Origin: the human T2T-CHM13v2.0 reference genome, Homo sapiens
Strand: one strand, 5' to 3'
NCBI RefSeq assembly: GCF_009914755.1
Contig: NC_060936.1
Length of the DNA stretch: 64,000 nt
This document shows positions 63,804 to 64,000 of the stretch, piece by piece. Below the pieces are notes generated by a model. The model saw only the letters and a list, made by a program, of their open reading frames with translations, ran no database searches and was not told the DNA's origin. Each line of letters begins with the position of its first letter. Position 1 is the first letter of the stretch. The position numbers were made by a program, and so were the translations under genes.

Positions 63804-64000
63804 GTGAGGCTGGGGATGGACCGCTTGGGTCCAAGAGCCCGTGTGTGGATGCCCCGGCACGGGGAGCCCTATAGGGGAGGCTGGGCCCGGGACACTAAGA
63901 GGTTGGCTGAATGTGGCGGTGGGGGGCTCACAAAAATAAAGCCAAAAGACAGGTGGAAAATGGGGGGTGGGGCTGGACCCACAGTTGGGAGAGTCAGAGG

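Overview
Human/primate genomic DNA: GC-rich, CpG-depleted and full of Alu, L1, L2, MIR, MaLR and MER repeats. The window lies inside the tetraspanin gene TSPAN9 (+ strand). Positions 1-60894 are the distal part of one very large intron; the N-terminal coding exon was not found and must lie upstream. Four consecutive phase-0 coding exons follow (60895-61086, 61466-61540, 62856-62957, 63672-63803), encoding the end of TM1 through most of the large extracellular loop with its CCG and PxxCC motifs. The other ORFs in the track look spurious or repeat-derived. The most interesting unexplained structures are in the intron: (1) a ~135-nt hairpin at 28291-28425, not recognisably TE-derived, whose mismatches are mostly G.U-compatible on the sense strand; (2) a 146-bp inverted copy of nearby sequence inserted into an L2 (58515-58660 vs 59303-59471); (3) a ~1.47-kb, 24-bp VNTR in which each unit resembles a 3' splice site; (4) a juxtaposed CAG|GTGAGT recursive-splice-like site inside a homeobox-motif-rich block; (5) a convergent CTCF motif pair; (6) a CpG-rich MEF2/TATA element followed by a small ORF and a strong donor; and (7) several unusual retrotransposition scars. 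All functional interpretations are inference from sequence alone, and repeat subfamily calls and boundaries are by eye.
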